Positions 10,783 through 20,754 are shown, counted from the first letter of the stretch. The stretch: 64,000 nucleotides of DNA from Candidatus Omnitrophota bacterium (GCA_043821285.1 JBDRCZ010000058.1:18699-82698); one strand, 5' to 3'. Notes: a model not told the origin generated them from the sequence alone. Program-made: numbers and translations.

Positions 10783-10865
10783 AAAAAAAATTCCTTGCCG
10801 CCGCTTATCCCGGTAGCAAGACCGCAGGGTATTACGCCGGTTGTATGATGCTACGCATCACCAAA

Positions 10866-10911
10866 ATCTTTTTTATCCATTTAAAAACCTATCGTGTTCA
10901 AGCTTTCCCTC
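10866..10911 (+). repeat. Intergenic mosaic repeat family, copy A (ATCTTTTTTATCCATTTAAAAACC...TTCAAGCTTTCCCTC). The hairpin part is replaced by TGATGCtacGCATCA.
   Basis: Aligns with copies at 20755, 36222, 36651, 38941 and 53624. Confidence 0.6.
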
Positions 10912-10968
10912 AATAATGTCACCCGGTAAACCAGACTATAGGAAATAGGCAAGTTTAACCGTAATGAT

Positions 10969-11577
10969 TTAGTTTTTAATTAACACCCTCCGGCCGGAAA
11001 TCTTCAACTTTCCTTTTACAAACAAGTCAATTGTCTGCGGAAGCAATTGATGTTCTAAAACATGTATTTTTTTGGCAAGTGTTTCTCTGGTGTCATTGTC
11101 TCTTACCTCAACCGGCGACTGTAAAATAATCGGACCGTGGTCCATCTGCTCATCGACAAAATGCACGGTTACCCCGGTAATTTTCGCCCCATCACAGAGT
11201 GCCGCCCCAATGCCGTCTGTACCCTTAAACGCCGGCAGGAGTGCCGGGTGGATATTTATTATCTTATTACGAAACGCACGCACAAAATAAGGACTGATCA
11301 TCCGCATAAACCCGGCAAGCACCACCATGTCAATTTTATGATGCTTAAGCTCTTTGACAACAGACTTATCATAATCAGTGCGGCTTTGATCTAGAGATGC
11401 AGCAATACATACTGCAGGAATGTTATGTTTTTCTGCCCGTTTTAAGACATAGGCATCTTGACGGTCTGAAATAACTAATGCTACTTTTGCCCCTTTGATC
11501 TTTTTACGCTTAACCGCCTGAATAATTGCCGCAAGATTTGAACCAAACCCTGAGGCAAGAACCGCTATTCTTTTCAT
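10969..11577 (-). CDS. purN: Phosphoribosylglycinamide formyltransferase
   Basis: 202 aa. MKRIAVLASGFGSNLAAII ... HPALLPAFKG matches the PurN fold. 4-bp overlap with the upstream gene. Confidence 0.85.
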   Translation of the reverse strand: MKRIAVLASGFGSNLAAIIQAVKRKKIKGAKVALVISDRQDAYVLKRAEKHNIPAVCIAASLDQSRTDYDKSVVKELKHHKIDMVVLAGFMRMISPYFVRAFRNKIINIHPALLPAFKGTDGIGAALCDGAKITGVTVHFVDEQMDHGPIILQSPVEVRDNDTRETLAKKIHVLEHQLLPQTIDLFVKGKLKISGRRVLIKN

Positions 11578-12854
11578 GCCTTTGCGGCCTTTGCCAGACG
11601 CGGCATAATCTCTACGCCTTTAATTGTACCAATACTGCCTGCCTGACAACTCTTTTCCGAAAAGTTTATTATCCCGTCTGATTTAAAACCCGGACCGCAG
11701 ATTAATAACGGCACCGGATCCGCGGAATGTGCCTTGATTAAACAACTGGTCGCATGATCTGCGGTAACACAGATGATTGTCTGATCAAGATTTATTTCCT
11801 TAAGTAAAGGTCTAAAAAAATACCGGTCAATCGCTTCAATTGATTCAAGCTTTTTCTGATAATCGCCGTCATGCGCGGGTTCATCCGGGCCTTTAATATG
11901 AATGTATAGCCCGTCAAATTCAGACTTCGTGGTTATTACCTTTTTTGCCCAGTTAAGGTAATCTTCATCTATTTTTCCGGTCTTTGGCGGAGAGGCAACT
12001 TCCCTCATCCCGGTTAACATCGCAATGCCCTTTTCTACCGGCATCTCGACGAAACAGCCAAAATTTAAATCAAATAATTCTTTCATTGTAGGAAATTTTG
12101 GCAGGTGATCTCCGGCATCACGGGTCAAAATTACATTGGCTATCCGTTTATCTAATGCATCACGTTCACGATTTACGCCGGAATTTTCTAATATTTTTCT
12201 GCTTTTTTTAATAAACTCATTGGTCAAATGTGCCGCATCTTTTGCCGCTTTACTGTGATCAAGCGGCCGGCACTCTAATAATACGTTATCAAATTTTTCC
12301 AGCGCTATGCCAAATACGCCTTTTTTGCCATAAGCCGGATCGGTATTAGAAACATTTGCCGATAAATTTCCCTGCGCACGTAACACGAGCACCCCGCGGT
12401 GGCCAATTGTACTTTTAAACTCAAAACTTGCCCCGGGAATTGATTTAAGCTTTACTTTTGCATTAAGTTCCTCAGCCAGTTCCACAGCTTCCGGTGTAGA
12501 TAAATCCCGGCCAACTCTGCGGTCAAGTATTTCATTACTGCCTTTGCCCAAGGTGGCAAAGTTAACCCTATAGGCTAAATCTCCATCATTAATTTTGAGT
12601 CCCTCGGCATGGGACTCAAGCGGCCCTCGCCCGGTATAATACTTATCTGCATCATATCCAATAATACTAATCACGGCAACATCTGACTCCGGTGCGACTT
12701 TCTCCCCAACCGTATACACACTCCCCAGCTGTCCGCAACTCGCCAAATAATCTAAATCCGGTGTCCTGGCTGCTTCAAGTGGTGTTCTGTTGTCCAGCTC
12801 AGGTATTGAGGAATCCCCTAATCCGTCAAGCACCACGTAAATAATCTTATACAT
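11574..12854 (-). CDS. apgM: Cofactor-independent phosphoglycerate mutase, archaeal type
   Basis: 426 aa, MYKIIYVVLDGLGD N-terminus, alkaline-phosphatase-superfamily metal-ligand pattern. Size and motifs typical of ApgM. Confidence 0.75.
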   Translation of the reverse strand: MYKIIYVVLDGLGDSSIPELDNRTPLEAARTPDLDYLASCGQLGSVYTVGEKVAPESDVAVISIIGYDADKYYTGRGPLESHAEGLKINDGDLAYRVNFATLGKGSNEILDRRVGRDLSTPEAVELAEELNAKVKLKSIPGASFEFKSTIGHRGVLVLRAQGNLSANVSNTDPAYGKKGVFGIALEKFDNVLLECRPLDHSKAAKDAAHLTNEFIKKSRKILENSGVNRERDALDKRIANVILTRDAGDHLPKFPTMKELFDLNFGCFVEMPVEKGIAMLTGMREVASPPKTGKIDEDYLNWAKKVITTKSEFDGLYIHIKGPDEPAHDGDYQKKLESIEAIDRYFFRPLLKEINLDQTIICVTADHATSCLIKAHSADPVPLLICGPGFKSDGIINFSEKSCQAGSIGTIKGVEIMPRLAKAAKA

Positions 12855-12879
12855 AAACTATTACCCCCCTGTAGATTAA

Positions 12880-12891
12880 GGTTCTGTCAAA
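12880..12891 (-). promoter_or_regulatory. TTTGACAGAACC motif (minus-strand sense), 25 nt upstream of the apgM ATG
   Basis: + strand GGTTCTGTCAAA. One of 4 near-identical copies at a fixed distance from start codons. Confidence 0.4.
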
Positions 12892-12920
12892 TGCATAATA
12901 TCCATGTTCGCTCGTAGTGA

Positions 12921-13304
12921 TTATCTCTTTTTCTGATTTTTAAGTAACACCGCATCGATTTTTGCTTTCAAATCAGTATAATCGACCGGCTTGTTTAAAT
13001 AATCACTTACCCCTAAATCCAATGCCTCCAGATATGTTTCCCATTCGCCGTATCCGGTAATAATAATAACCGGAAGATCCAGCCGTTTACCCGATAATTT
13101 CTTAAGCAGGCCAATCGCCGTATCATCCGGCAGCTTTAAATCCGCAACCATTAAATCATATTTTTGTTTTTCTAAATTATCAATTGCCGCCTCGATCGTA
13201 CCTGTTTCCGTGGCTAAAAATCCATCCTCCACCAGTAATTTTGCCAGGTATTTTCTAAATACCACATCATCTTCAACCAGCAATATTCTATATTTTTTTG
13301 CCAT
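12921..13304 (-). CDS. Single-domain response regulator (CheY-like receiver)
   Basis: ILLVEDD...DLMVADLKLPD receiver motifs. The start was moved to ATG 13304 (MAKKYRILLVEDD) because AAGGAGG lies 7 nt upstream. The ORF-track start at 13328 would cover the ribosome-binding site. Confidence 0.8.
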   Translation of the reverse strand: MAKKYRILLVEDDVVFRKYLAKLLVEDGFLATETGTIEAAIDNLEKQKYDLMVADLKLPDDTAIGLLKKLSGKRLDLPVIIITGYGEWETYLEALDLGVSDYLNKPVDYTDLKAKIDAVLLKNQKKR

Positions 13305-13361
13305 ACGCACACCTCCTTTAGTCCACAAGTTTTGCCAAAAATCCCGCTTTTTTTCTCATCT

Positions 13362-14051
13362 CTATTTAACCCGCCGCCCAAAGACGATAACAAATTCTCC
13401 CCGGGGCTTGTTGCGGCTAAAGTAATCTATTAAAACTGATACTTTATCTCTTAACACCTGTTCGAATTTTTTTGTCAGTTCCCGGCAAACGGCAATATCG
13501 ATATCCCCAAGCGCCTGATAAATAATCGACAGCGTCTTAAGCAGGCGGTGCGGCGATTCGTAACAAATGATCGTCTCTCCTCTTTGATGATATTCGATTA
13601 TTTTTTCTCTTTTTTTGTTTGTCTTAACCGGCAAAAAACCGCAGAAACTAAACCGGTCCGTGGCAAATCCTGATACCACTAACGCGACCGCATGTGCTAC
13701 CGCACCCGGAATTACTTCTACTTTGATATTTCTATTTATCGCTTCCTTAATCAAATGCACGCCCGGATCAGATATCCCCGGCATGCCGGCATCCGATACC
13801 AAAGCAATATTTTTCCCATCTTTAAGGTAAGCGATTAAAACTTCCTCTCTCGATAGTCGGTTGTATTGATAATAGCTAATGGTATGCTTTTTTATGCCAA
13901 AGTACTTAAGAAGTATACCTGTACGCCGGGTATCTTCACAGGCAATAATATCAACTGATTTTAATACTTCGATCGCACGAAAGGTTATATCATTAATATT
14001 ACCAATCGGTGTTGCGACAACAAATAATACACCTGTTTCTTTCTCTAACAT
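13362..14051 (-). CDS. rsmI: 16S rRNA (cytidine1402-2'-O)-methyltransferase
   Basis: VVATPIGNINDITFRAIEVLKSVDIIACEDTRRTG is a tetrapyrrole-methylase-fold RsmI signature. Confidence 0.85.
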   Translation of the reverse strand: MLEKETGVLFVVATPIGNINDITFRAIEVLKSVDIIACEDTRRTGILLKYFGIKKHTISYYQYNRLSREEVLIAYLKDGKNIALVSDAGMPGISDPGVHLIKEAINRNIKVEVIPGAVAHAVALVVSGFATDRFSFCGFLPVKTNKKREKIIEYHQRGETIICYESPHRLLKTLSIIYQALGDIDIAVCRELTKKFEQVLRDKVSVLIDYFSRNKPRGEFVIVFGRRVK

Positions 14052-14142
14052 GTATCTCTATTATAATCACCAACTTTTCTTTTGTCAATGCCGCTTATCG
14101 AAATCTTATCTCCAAAGGTTACGCAGCTTTTTACTGTTCTTA

Positions 14143-15027
14143 TTAGATCCCTATTCTTTTCAAAAAAACTCTATTTTTTCGCCAGTTTTTTTCCACCTTT
14201 ACCCAGAGATCAAGATATACCTTTTGCCCAAAATAGCCTTCAAGTTTAATCCGGCTTTTTTCACCAATACTCTTAAGTCTCATCCCCCGCTGGCCAATTA
14301 CGATTGCCTTCTGTGATGAGCGTTCAACATAAATTGTTGCTCTGATATAAAGAAGATCTTTCGCTTCTCTTCTTTTAAACTCTTCGACGACTACGGCAAC
14401 GGCATGCGGAACCTCTTCCTGCAACTGCCAGAGCGCCTCCTCACGGATTATTTCAGAAGCAATAAAACGATCATCTTTATCGGTTATCTGATCTATGGGA
14501 AAATACCTCGGACCAGGCGGTAAATATTTTTTAATTACTCCCGTGACAAAAGATACATCTTCTCGATTAAGCGCGGAAAGCGGCAGATGCTCGTCAAATT
14601 CACATATTTTTTTACATTCCTCGATTATTTTTAAAATCTTTGACTTTTGTATCAAATCAATCTTATTTATCGCCAATAGTTTATTCTGCTTCCAGTCTTT
14701 TATTTTTTTAAATAAATTTATATCATCTGAAGTTACCCCTCTTGCGTCGATAAACAATAATACAATATCCGCCTCACCCCCGGCATCCCAGGCCGCCCGA
14801 ACCATTTTACGTCCTAACTCATGCTGCGGCTTGTGGATCCCCGGGGTGTCCATAAAAATAATCTGGCAGCCGCGGTCATTATAAATACCTAAAATCCTAT
14901 TTCTGGTTGTCTCTGGCCGGTGACAGACCGCGGCAATGTGCTGTTCTAAAATATTATTTAAAAACGTTGATTTTCCGGTATTTGGACGGCCAATTATTGC
15001 CACATAACCGGATTTTATATCCTGCAT
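14143..15027 (-). CDS. era: GTPase Era
   Basis: GYVAIIGRPNTGKSTFLN G1 motif, DTPG, NKID, C-terminal KH domain. 294 aa. Confidence 0.9.
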   Translation of the reverse strand: MQDIKSGYVAIIGRPNTGKSTFLNNILEQHIAAVCHRPETTRNRILGIYNDRGCQIIFMDTPGIHKPQHELGRKMVRAAWDAGGEADIVLLFIDARGVTSDDINLFKKIKDWKQNKLLAINKIDLIQKSKILKIIEECKKICEFDEHLPLSALNREDVSFVTGVIKKYLPPGPRYFPIDQITDKDDRFIASEIIREEALWQLQEEVPHAVAVVVEEFKRREAKDLLYIRATIYVERSSQKAIVIGQRGMRLKSIGEKSRIKLEGYFGQKVYLDLWVKVEKNWRKNRVFLKRIGI

Positions 15028-15030
15028 CTT

Positions 15031-16620
15031 CTAACGTTTTTCCTTATAATTCGTCACGACAATCCCCGGACCGCCGGTAACCGGACATTTATATTCACAT
15101 ATTCCGCAGCCAATACAAGCCTCTTCATTAACATACGGTCTTTTTACGATTTTTGTCTCTTTTTCTTCAGTTATAACTTCTACCTCGGTATATGATATTG
15201 CTTTATCCGCCACCGGACAGTGTTCTTCACATTTTATGCAATTTTCATTTTTATACCACGGCAGGCAATGGTCTTTATCAAAAAACGCCGTGCCAATTTT
15301 TGAAAGACGGCGCTGTTCCTTTGTCAAATCTTTTATTGCGCCGGTTGGACAAACCTGTCCACAGCGCGTACAAACATCATCGCAATAACCAACCTGATAA
15401 TTTAACCGCGGTGTCCAAAAACCAACCAGCCCGCTTTCCAGAAAACTTGGCTGGATGACCTTTGTCGGGCAGACTTTCATGCATTGTCCGCAGCGAATAC
15501 ATTTATTTATAAACCGTTCCTCACGATCCGCACCCGGCGGACGGATCAAAAATTTTGAATTAGGGATCCATTTTACCGAGCGCATGTATCCGACAAATAA
15601 GCCGCTGCCGGCTGCCGTCAAAAGAAACTGCCGGCGTGAGGGCAGAAAATTTGACCTGCGCAAAATACCCGGCGGCATGCTCAATCCAAAAAACATCTTT
15701 TTCTTCCGGCAAATGTTAACACATTCAAAACAACGTATGCACTCTTTAGCCTGGTAGCTGTCTTTTACCGCATTAAAATTTTTGACCTGCGCGTGACAAT
15801 GCGTCAAACAAATTGCACATTCATCGCAATCTTCTCTTATTTTCCTTCGCAAAGGACTAAACTCCGAACAAATACCCAGCAGCGCCCCTAAAGGACAAAT
15901 ATTCTTACACCAAAAGCGGTGTCCAAAAATACTCAACCCAAATATAAAAACCGTGAACCCCAAAATAATTGCTGAAGTACTATAGCTGGTCATCTCTAAT
16001 GAAAAGAGGCTGTTTTCAAAATTAAAAATAAAGCTATTGTAAGCATCCCGCAAAAAAATTGTCTGCGCAAGAAGGATTTTCCCTTTGAACGTAAAATTCA
16101 AAACCGAATTAAAAATACCCAGGATCAAATTGACAATTGCCAGAAATGCCGGCAGTATTGCGGTAATAAAAAACCGCGTAATTATCGCCAAAGGATCAAA
16201 ATAGCCTGCGGTTTGTACTCCGAACACGGCCGTAATCAATATAAACAACAGGATTAGATATTTTATCCGGCGGTATCCAACCGCCAGCGGTTTTTTACGA
16301 ATCATTCCTTTACGGAACAAACGCCGTTCGGCAAAATCGATTAATGAACCCAGCGGACATGCCCAGCCGCAAAAAAATCTGCCAAAAAATAAAGTAAACG
16401 TTAATAAAACCACGGATGAGATAAATGCCGGGGGAAGCTGCCATGTCGCCAGTCCCGCGGAAAACATGATCAAGGGGTCAATCTTGAGTATAACACTGAC
16501 CGGGTAACGAATAACAAATTTATCGATTAGTGCATCATATCTGCCCTCGGTAAGCAATATCAATACCAGAAAGGCGATAAAAAACAATAATTGAAAAACG
16601 CGACGGAAAGGTCTTAACAT
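15031..16620 (-). CDS. Membrane-bound polyferredoxin (NapH/MauN-like 4Fe-4S protein)
   Basis: N-terminal transmembrane segments with CGWACPLG and CKNICPLG motifs typical of NapH/MauN, plus several C-terminal CxxCxxCxxxCP ferredoxin motifs. Confidence 0.65.
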   Translation of the reverse strand: MLRPFRRVFQLLFFIAFLVLILLTEGRYDALIDKFVIRYPVSVILKIDPLIMFSAGLATWQLPPAFISSVVLLTFTLFFGRFFCGWACPLGSLIDFAERRLFRKGMIRKKPLAVGYRRIKYLILLFILITAVFGVQTAGYFDPLAIITRFFITAILPAFLAIVNLILGIFNSVLNFTFKGKILLAQTIFLRDAYNSFIFNFENSLFSLEMTSYSTSAIILGFTVFIFGLSIFGHRFWCKNICPLGALLGICSEFSPLRRKIREDCDECAICLTHCHAQVKNFNAVKDSYQAKECIRCFECVNICRKKKMFFGLSMPPGILRRSNFLPSRRQFLLTAAGSGLFVGYMRSVKWIPNSKFLIRPPGADREERFINKCIRCGQCMKVCPTKVIQPSFLESGLVGFWTPRLNYQVGYCDDVCTRCGQVCPTGAIKDLTKEQRRLSKIGTAFFDKDHCLPWYKNENCIKCEEHCPVADKAISYTEVEVITEEKETKIVKRPYVNEEACIGCGICEYKCPVTGGPGIVVTNYKEKR

Positions 16621-17540
16621 TTTATAAGTCTTGTACGGGATAATTCCATATCCCCCAGACCCAGCTCATCGGCCCGGACAATAAACCCAATATCCTTCGG
16701 CTGATAACCAAACAATGTTGCGCCATAGGCATCCACCGCGACCAGGTCCGTACTCGCGGCCACCTGGTTCACAATCTTTACATCTTTTAAATCTCCGCCC
16801 TGTGGTCCATGCGCCGTGAGTATTCGGCTTGCATCCAATACGGTAAGGTGGGGTTTGATTATTGAATGCAGCTCCGGCAGTTTATCATGGATTTTGTCAT
16901 GCAGCACCGGCCGATCTTTTATCACCCCCATGAGATTTTTCATCCCCAGGGTTAGCGTGCTCAATCCATGTACTTTTGCGACTGGGACATTAATAAAAAC
17001 ATCACATTCTAACACCTCGCGATAGATTTCTATCTCTGGTAAAAATTTTGCCCCAGGGATTTTCGTTTTTATAAAATTATCCATATTAACATAATGAACA
17101 CGGGCACCGGCTTCGATTGCGGCTTTTTGAATCCCGCTGCGTAAATACGTATCCCGGGAATTATGACAGGTATTGTCCCACACCGAAATATGCCCGGCCC
17201 CTGCAAGATTACACATCTCGACCAATGCTGCAACAATTTCCGGATTAGTATTACCGGCCTGCTCGGGGGTTCTATTCCATGCAATATTCGGCTTAATTAC
17301 CACCCGTGCACCTTCGCGAACAAATTTTTTTATCCCCCCTAATGCATTAATAACCTGATAGGTATTCAAGGCCGGATCATTACCACTGGCAACGGCAATA
17401 TCCGCGGCCTTAGATTGCGCAAAAACTTCTGATGATAGCGGCCGAAGATTAGCAAAAACCATCCCTATGCCTGCCAAAGTCATTTTTTTAATAAAATCCC
17501 TTCTGGTTAACTGTACCATTATTTTATCCCAAAATGACAA
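16614..17540 (-). CDS. Tat-exported DUF362-family protein (putative Fe-S/redox partner)
   Basis: Twin-arginine signal MVQLTRRDFIKKMTLAGIGMVFA. DUF362-like IKPNIAW core. 7-bp overlap with the polyferredoxin gene suggests one operon. Confidence 0.5.
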   Translation of the reverse strand: MSFWDKIMVQLTRRDFIKKMTLAGIGMVFANLRPLSSEVFAQSKAADIAVASGNDPALNTYQVINALGGIKKFVREGARVVIKPNIAWNRTPEQAGNTNPEIVAALVEMCNLAGAGHISVWDNTCHNSRDTYLRSGIQKAAIEAGARVHYVNMDNFIKTKIPGAKFLPEIEIYREVLECDVFINVPVAKVHGLSTLTLGMKNLMGVIKDRPVLHDKIHDKLPELHSIIKPHLTVLDASRILTAHGPQGGDLKDVKIVNQVAASTDLVAVDAYGATLFGYQPKDIGFIVRADELGLGDMELSRTRLIKC

Positions 17541-17542
17541 TC

Positions 17543-17554
17543 GGTTCTGTCAAA
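17543..17554 (-). promoter_or_regulatory. TTTGACAGAACC motif 23 nt upstream of the DUF362 ATG
   Basis: + strand GGTTCTGTCAAA. Confidence 0.4.
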
Positions 17555-17770
17555 AGTATCCGCACATTTTTTAAAGCACTCACAGAGTACAAGCACCCAT
17601 AGGGCACAGGCAGCCACAGATTTCTCAGATTAAATTGATTTTATGCTTTTAAATCTTTCTCTCTTTTATCCACCATAGATTTATTCACCACAGATTTGCT
17701 CAGATTTCTGCTCCCCTAAAAATATGGCTCTTTCTCAGAATCTGTGGGTAAAAACAAAGGTTTATAATGG

Positions 17771-17936
17771 GGTGAAACGTTTCGTATATAGGCTATGCGT
17801 CACTTTTTAGCACATCGTAGGCAAAGCCAAGCATCAAATCTCTGCTAACCCAGTAGAACTACGCTAATAAGAATATAACTGGTCGCCAAAATAAACCGAT
17901 AGTCAATATTTAAACAACGTTTTCACCCTAACCTGA
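17771..17936. ncRNA. Candidate structured small RNA. A roughly 165-nt segment is closed by the 13-bp inverted repeat GGGTGAAAACGTT / AACGTTTTCACCC.
   Basis: Long-range inverted repeat seen at 17772-17786 and 17920-17933 inside a 630-bp non-coding gap rich in CACAGATT repeats. Identity is unknown (6S-like closing stem is one possibility). Strand undetermined. Confidence 0.15.
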
Positions 17937-18169
17937 TGAATTTTAACTAGTTCCATATTTTTAAGCAAAAAAACACCCACAGATTCTATTAACGAGGCAA
18001 AAATATTTATAACTATCTGCGTAATATTTGCGTTTCGTCTTTTTTTATCCGTGTTCAATCAGTGAAAATCTGCGGCTTTATCTTTTTCTTTTTTCTCAGG
18101 CTAACTCTCTGCATAATCTGGCTGCTTTTTAGTTTGTTATCATATTTTGACACTACTTCATAACATCTA

Positions 18170-19306
18170 TTAGACAAAGCGTTTCTTTGTTTCCTGTTTT
18201 TCCCAGAAAAGCTCTGCCATCTTTATCCGGTTTATAATTGATGGATGATCATATAGTAAAAATTCGACCCATTTCGGCGGCTGCATGTCCGCTAAATTCT
18301 GCCGGCCCAATCTAATCATTGCCGAAATAAACGCTTCCGGATCATTGGTTACCGTCAAAGCATAGAGATCCGCTTCTTTCTCCAAAAGACGCGAATAATG
18401 GCTTTCAATTGGCATGGTAATAATCCCAAACAAAAACAAAAGCAGGCAAAGTAAAGGAAAATTGGCAACATCGGAAATCCGGTAAAATCCAAAAATGTCG
18501 ATGCTATTACTAAAAACAAGGCCGACAAGGTAAAACCCGATAATTGTCCCAACCGCATTAAAAAAAATAATCCGCCACACATGTTTGTATTTTTCATGTG
18601 CTAACTCATGTGCCAAGATCACGATAATTTCTTCCAGATAAAAATTTTCAATCAAGGTATCGGTAAAAACAATCCTTTTATTTTTGCCTATTCCAATTAC
18701 CGCGGCATTTGCCTTTTTTGTTTCCCGGCTAAAATCAATTATCCCAATATTGCAGGTATTTGTCCCGGTGCGCTGGGCGAGGCTAAAGACCTTTCTTTTC
18801 AACGTTTGGTCATTCAGCGGTTTGTATTTATAAAAAAACGGCATAATCACGGTCGGGGCAATTTTTGTTAAAAATATCGAGATAACAATCCAGATAATTG
18901 CCGCTTTTAACCACCAGCTGCCTGCTGAGACACTCAAAAGAATATAAATCACCTGGGCCATGAACAATAGCACTAAAAACATAATCATCTGCTTCTTTGC
19001 TTCTTTTTTAATCCAGTCCTCGATGCGCAAGTTAGAAAGGGCAAATTTATGTTCGATAATATAGCCGCGGTAAAAATTAAGCGGCAGCATCACCAGCGTA
19101 CCAATTACAAAAAATAAAAATAAATACATTGCCACGGCAAAAAACGTATTCTCACTTATATGATAGGCGATATTTCTTAAAGATTTTGACAGATCGGTCA
19201 TTAAGCAGATTAAGAGATATAAAACGGTGAGCGTTATCTCCAAAACAAACAACTGATTTTTGACCAGATTATAAACCTTAGCCTGATTTAACTCTTCCTT
19301 CCCCAT
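18170..19306 (-). CDS. M48-family zinc metallopeptidase (Ste24/HtpX-like), polytopic membrane protein
   Basis: HELAHEKYKH HExxH motif after multiple hydrophobic segments. 378 aa. Confidence 0.75.
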   Translation of the reverse strand: MGKEELNQAKVYNLVKNQLFVLEITLTVLYLLICLMTDLSKSLRNIAYHISENTFFAVAMYLFLFFVIGTLVMLPLNFYRGYIIEHKFALSNLRIEDWIKKEAKKQMIMFLVLLFMAQVIYILLSVSAGSWWLKAAIIWIVISIFLTKIAPTVIMPFFYKYKPLNDQTLKRKVFSLAQRTGTNTCNIGIIDFSRETKKANAAVIGIGKNKRIVFTDTLIENFYLEEIIVILAHELAHEKYKHVWRIIFFNAVGTIIGFYLVGLVFSNSIDIFGFYRISDVANFPLLCLLLFLFGIITMPIESHYSRLLEKEADLYALTVTNDPEAFISAMIRLGRQNLADMQPPKWVEFLLYDHPSIINRIKMAELFWEKQETKKRFV

Positions 19307-19820
19307 CTAACTGCCTCCCATAAATTTGTCTTATGTTATTAAATATTTCAATATATTTTTGCGTACGATAGTCAGGATATGTCCATGCACAAGGGGTAAA
19401 GGTCTTATTTTTAAAACAGAGTGTAACCTCGGCATAAATACCTTTACCGATATATATCCGGTGGGCATAATCCTTAGTCGTCAGCAAAATTAATTTTGCC
19501 AGATTAACCGCTCCCGGGTCAATATTTATCCTGCGCCGTCCGCAAGTTAAGAATTTATTTTCCAGGTTATTGGTAAAAATTTTGATATCTGCCAATACCT
19601 CTAATCTAATTAACTTCTGAAAACTTACAAACTGCCGTTTAAGTATCTCCCCCATTTCCGCGGTATAATAGTCTGTAAAATCAAAATCAAAAACTGCGCT
19701 CTGATAATCAAGCGCACCAAATTTCTTAGCCAAAAAAATACTTACCTGATCAATAACCCCAGGCTGGGCAATAAATCCAACAATTAATTTAACTCTTTGC
19801 GGCTTGGTTATCTTTCCCAT
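19278..19820 (-). CDS. Hypothetical protein, DUF4416-like
   Basis: 180 aa. Resemblance to the DUF4416 family is from memory only. Confidence 0.45.
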   Translation of the reverse strand: MGKITKPQRVKLIVGFIAQPGVIDQVSIFLAKKFGALDYQSAVFDFDFTDYYTAEMGEILKRQFVSFQKLIRLEVLADIKIFTNNLENKFLTCGRRRINIDPGAVNLAKLILLTTKDYAHRIYIGKGIYAEVTLCFKNKTFTPCAWTYPDYRTQKYIEIFNNIRQIYGRQLDGEGRVKSG

Positions 19821-19958
19821 CTGAATCTTTGACTATCGTATCTAGTGCTTTGTTAAATTAGTTCTTAAAAAGATATTATTCCGAAAAACGAAAATCGAAA
19901 TTTGACCGCAATCGAGAATTTCGTCGTTCTCTCTTATTTTCTATTTTCGATTGCTCCA

Positions 19959-19995
19959 GTGCTCTGTCAAATTAATTTTTAATTTGACAGAGCAC
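19959..19995. promoter_or_regulatory. Perfect 37-bp palindrome GTGCTCTGTCAAATTAA-TTT-TTAATTTGACAGAGCAC. It overlaps the stop of the upstream gene and may be an operator or terminator stem.
   Basis: 17-bp arms with a 3-nt centre. Each arm contains the TTTGACAGA half-site that is also found upstream of four start codons. Confidence 0.5.
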
Positions 19996-20656
19996 TACAG
20001 GCACGGATACATATTCCGCAAATATGATATTTTACTCCCGCAAGCTTGGAAAAATTTCTAAGCGTTTGATAGCACTTCTCGTGTTCAAAATCTTCTCTTT
20101 TTTCCCGGATTGCCCCGGCTGGACAGACGTTTATACAACGCCGGCACTGGCCGCAATCCCGGTTTAGCGGGTTATCTCTTTTAAGCGGCAAGTTCGTCAA
20201 TATGGTTACAAATCTAAGCCTGCTGCCAAACTTGGGACTGACAATCAAATTATTCCTTCCCCACCAGCCAATCCCGGCTAAATCAGCCACATGCTTATGC
20301 GAAAGATGCGCCTTTTGCCTTTTCCAGTCCACCAATTGAGATGCGGCAATTGGTAGTGTGGAATAATTACACTCCTTTATATAATGGACTATTCTTAATG
20401 CAATTTGATCCAGTGCAGAATTTAGCTGACGGTAATGCCAGCTATAAATCAGTGTCGGATGGTCCACAATTGTTTCCACGACATCACTGGCAAGTCCCAT
20501 CCCCACACTAATCGCTGAACAATATTTATCTTTTAACCTTTCAATCTCCGGAGAAAACTCTATCCTCTGGCCGGATAACTCTGCAACCCCAAAAACATCC
20601 GCCCCCCAGGCAAGCGCCTTTGTTTTTAGTTTATTATAATTATCTATCTTATCCAT
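19979..20656 (-). CDS. 4Fe-4S cluster protein, QueG/reductive-dehalogenase-like ferredoxin-domain family (product uncertain)
   Basis: CGQCRRCINVCPAGAI plus a second Cys cluster CGICIRAC. 225 aa. Confidence 0.45.
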   Translation of the reverse strand: MDKIDNYNKLKTKALAWGADVFGVAELSGQRIEFSPEIERLKDKYCSAISVGMGLASDVVETIVDHPTLIYSWHYRQLNSALDQIALRIVHYIKECNYSTLPIAASQLVDWKRQKAHLSHKHVADLAGIGWWGRNNLIVSPKFGSRLRFVTILTNLPLKRDNPLNRDCGQCRRCINVCPAGAIREKREDFEHEKCYQTLRNFSKLAGVKYHICGICIRACSALSN

Positions 20657-20754
20657 TAAATTACTGCCTGCGGCATTAATTTAGCGCTTACCTTTTCTTT
20701 AAAAAAGAAAAGGCAGCCAAAAGAAAACTCACAACTTATTGACAGATGTTCGCA

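Noticed and set aside
12880-12891. Reading TTTGACAGAACC simply as a sigma70 -35 box
   Set aside because: The distance to the start codon (21-25 nt) leaves no room for a 17-bp spacer, a -10 hexamer and a leader with ribosome-binding site. No consistent -10 is found at the right spacing in the four copies.
17541-18169. tRNA, tmRNA, RNase P or rRNA genes in the larger non-coding gaps (also 32488-32763, 36584-36913, 38923-39643, 53419-54074)
   Set aside because: No GTTCGAATCC-type T-arm, tmRNA tag-peptide frame or rRNA signature was recognisable by eye. No RNA gene is claimed beyond a low-confidence structured candidate.
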